From positions 3,417,097-3,481,096 of the forward strand of contig CBDCCX010000006.1 of the NCBI GenBank assembly GCA_965215165.1: a stretch of 64,000 nucleotides of DNA, given 5' to 3'. The translations under genes and the position numbers were made by a program. This DNA is from Rhodothermales bacterium (GTDB lineage Bacteria > Bacteroidota > Rhodothermia > Rhodothermales > JANQRZ01). A model generated the notes under the pieces. That model saw only the letters and a list, made by a program, of their open reading frames with translations. It was not told the origin of the DNA and searched no databases. This document shows, in pieces, positions 61,842 through 64,000 of the stretch (position 1 is the stretch's first letter; each line of letters begins with the position of its first letter).

Positions 61842-63923
61842 TCAGTCCTCGGCCGGTAGCAGCCGGAGCGTGTGCTCGGCCGGGGCGTCCCACCGCACGG
61901 CGCGCGGCGCGACGGGCCGGGCCACGGCGAGCGCCCGCGCGGTCTCCCCGGCCAGGACGCGGTGCCGGATCAGGAGATCCGCCGCGCCCGGCATCGTGGC
62001 CTGAGCCGACCACGCGGCGGCCGACGCGGCGGCGGGGAAGACGGCCGACGGCCCCCAGGCAATCGCCGTCGGGTGCCCCCCTTCAGGGACGAGCACCGGG
62101 GCGAAGCGGCCGGCCTCGGTCGTGTCGGTTCCGAAGAGCGGGTACGAGCGGACGGCGCGCTGCGCGGTCTGCCAGCGCCACCCCGCGCCCTCGCGGCCTT
62201 GGGTAGAATTCAGGTCGGATACGGCGCGGCGGAGCGACCGCTTGAGCGACGCCACGGCCGGGCGCTCGGCGACGTTCCCGAGCGAGTCCGGCGGCAGCGG
62301 CGGCAGCGCCACCGAGTCGGGGTCGGGGAGGGCCCCGGTGCGGTCACGGTGCGCGGTCAGCCACGCCTCGAAGATCGTCGCGCCGATGGAGGCGGGGTCG
62401 TAGCGGAAGTCCCAGCCGCGGAGGTAGGCCGCCGCGTCCCGGAGGCCGGCCGGGACCTCGTCGGGACCCCCGAGCGCGCCGATGAGCGGCGGGGCAAGCG
62501 CCGCAGCCCACGCGCTGTAGGCGTCGGCGAGGAGCCCGTCGTCCCCGGCCCCCGCGCTGTCCACCGCCAGCAGCGCCACCCGGTCGGCGACCGCCTCGGT
62601 ACTCGCGTCCGCTCCGGCGAAGACGCCGCCCGGCAGCGCGCGCACGACGGCCGGCGAGCCGAGCACGCGGACCTGCCCGCCTTCGAGCAGCACGCCCGCG
62701 CCCGGAACGAGCGAGAACGTGGCGGCCCCGCCCCGGAGCAGCGCCCGCCACGCGCCGAGGTCGGTCCCCGCCCCAAAGCCCCGCCACCGGACCTGCCACG
62801 TGGCGTCGGCAGCGAGAGAATCGACACCGAGAGAATCGACACTGAGCAAGTCGGCAGCGACGGAGTCGGCGCGCGTGGAGTCCCGCCTGCCAGGCCGTCG
62901 GGGTGCGGCGGGATCGTAGAGATAGAGGGCACCCGGCGCGCGGTAGGTCGTCACCAGGGTCTCGCCGCCGTTCTGCGCGACGATCCGGTCGAAGCTCGGC
63001 GTGAGGGCTGCCGAGTCCACGGGCGCGGAGACGAAGGCGGCCTCGCCGTTCAGAAAGAGGCTCCACGCGCGGTCGGCGGCGTAGCCCGAGGGCAGCATGA
63101 GCGTGCCCGGCACCGAGGCCACGAGCGTCTGCCGGCCGCCCTGCCGGAGCACGACCTCCTGCACGAGCGGCAGCGCCGAGGAGCCGTAGACGAGGCGCTG
63201 CACGAGGGTCGTCCCCCCCGCGCCCGGCACCGCGAAGGCGAGGCTGTGCTCGAGCCCGCCCACGCCGAGCATGCTCCGAAACGCCGAGTCTGCCGCCACG
63301 AACCGCCCCAGCCGCGGATTCGCCCGGTAGGTCCGCCGCGCCGTCGAGTCGGGCAGCGCCGGGGCGGGCGTGGCGAGGTAGGCGACGAGCCGCTCGACGG
63401 CGAGGGCGTCCCACGGCCGCCACGGCCCGGCGTCGACGCCGAGCAGGACGAAGGCGTCGCCCTCGCCGAGCCGGTCCCGCTCGAAGGCGGCGTTGACCCC
63501 GCGCGCGTAGGCGTCGAGCACGGCGCGGTCGGCCTCGGGGAGCGCCGCGTAGCTCGCCCGCGCCTCGGCCCCGAAGCCGAGCGCGGTGGCGTGCCGGTCC
63601 AGGCCGAGCGCCGACTCGTCGTCGAACCACTGCGAGAGCGCGCCGGTGGCGGTCTGCCGCCAGAGCGCCATCGGCCACGCGCTGTGGAGGGCGTGCGCGT
63701 AGCCGAGCCCCGCCATCAGGTCCTCCTCGCTCCGGGCCTCGACCGTCGCCGTCCCGCTCTCGTCGTGCGTGACGGTGACCGCCGCGCCGAGGCCGGGCAC
63801 GCGCGCCTCGCCCTCGAAGCTCGGCCCGACCCCGTAGGCGAGGACCCACGCCGCCATCGACAGCCCGACGGCCAGCAGCAGCACGGCGGCGAGAGCGGTG
63901 AGAGTCCGGGCGAGCAGGGACAC
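61842..63923 (-). CDS. Penicillin acylase (Ntn hydrolase)-like protein, degenerate
   Basis: PGLGAAVTVTHDESG, GLGYAHA, LDAYARGVNA, YLRGWD, WRW motifs; beta-chain start degenerate. Confidence 0.75.
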   Translation of the reverse strand: MSLLARTLTALAAVLLLAVGLSMAAWVLAYGVGPSFEGEARVPGLGAAVTVTHDESGTATVEARSEEDLMAGLGYAHALHSAWPMALWRQTATGALSQWFDDESALGLDRHATALGFGAEARASYAALPEADRAVLDAYARGVNAAFERDRLGEGDAFVLLGVDAGPWRPWDALAVERLVAYLATPAPALPDSTARRTYRANPRLGRFVAADSAFRSMLGVGGLEHSLAFAVPGAGGTTLVQRLVYGSSALPLVQEVVLRQGGRQTLVASVPGTLMLPSGYAADRAWSLFLNGEAAFVSAPVDSAALTPSFDRIVAQNGGETLVTTYRAPGALYLYDPAAPRRPGRRDSTRADSVAADLLSVDSLGVDSLAADATWQVRWRGFGAGTDLGAWRALLRGGAATFSLVPGAGVLLEGGQVRVLGSPAVVRALPGGVFAGADASTEAVADRVALLAVDSAGAGDDGLLADAYSAWAAALAPPLIGALGGPDEVPAGLRDAAAYLRGWDFRYDPASIGATIFEAWLTAHRDRTGALPDPDSVALPPLPPDSLGNVAERPAVASLKRSLRRAVSDLNSTQGREGAGWRWQTAQRAVRSYPLFGTDTTEAGRFAPVLVPEGGHPTAIAWGPSAVFPAAASAAAWSAQATMPGAADLLIRHRVLAGETARALAVARPVAPRAVRWDAPAEHTLRLLPAED

Positions 63924-64000
63924 GGGAGTGGAGGGAATGGAGAAAGTAAGACGGGAAAGATACCCATGCCCGTCGCGCCCCGTGCCCGTAGGGGCGACCC

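Noticed and set aside
63987-64000. GTAGGGGCGACCC, start of a GTAG-type REP
   Set aside because: Truncated by the window edge, so the palindrome cannot be verified

Overview
Very GC-rich bacterial chromosome segment, most likely from a Rhodothermota (Rubrivirga/Rubricoccus-like) organism. This is inferred from a T9SS-type C-terminal sorting domain, frequent Ala-Gln signal-peptide cleavage sites, and flagellar genes in an FCB-type background. 1-25 kb holds housekeeping genes (radA, apt, mnmA, ridA, an amidase) and an SLC12-like cation-chloride cotransporter. It also holds a minus-strand envelope cluster: pseudo-receiver OmpR regulator, Asp23/Gls24-AmaP-DUF2273 operon, lipoprotein, a three-beta-barrel protein and an OmpA-domain protein, the last two sharing an unrecognised ~28-aa motif. 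Further on are a secreted agmatine/peptidyl-arginine deiminase, an ECF sigma locus, a MITE and a stand-alone ClpN gene pair. 25.3-60.3 kb is a ~35-kb flagellar cluster (flgFGAHIJNKL, HDOD, fliC, fliSDT, flgM, a divergent His-kinase/sigma54-activator pair, flgBC-fliEFGHIJ-fliK-flgDE, motAB, fliLMNOPQR). It lacks flhB, flhA, flhF/G, fliA and che genes within the window, and is bracketed by two type II toxin-antitoxin modules, one with a frameshifted toxin. The window ends with a BadF-type sugar kinase and a degenerate penicillin-acylase-like gene. No rRNA, tRNA or CRISPR array was seen. Start codons were re-picked by eye where the ORF track over-extends. All family calls come from motif recognition, not database searches.
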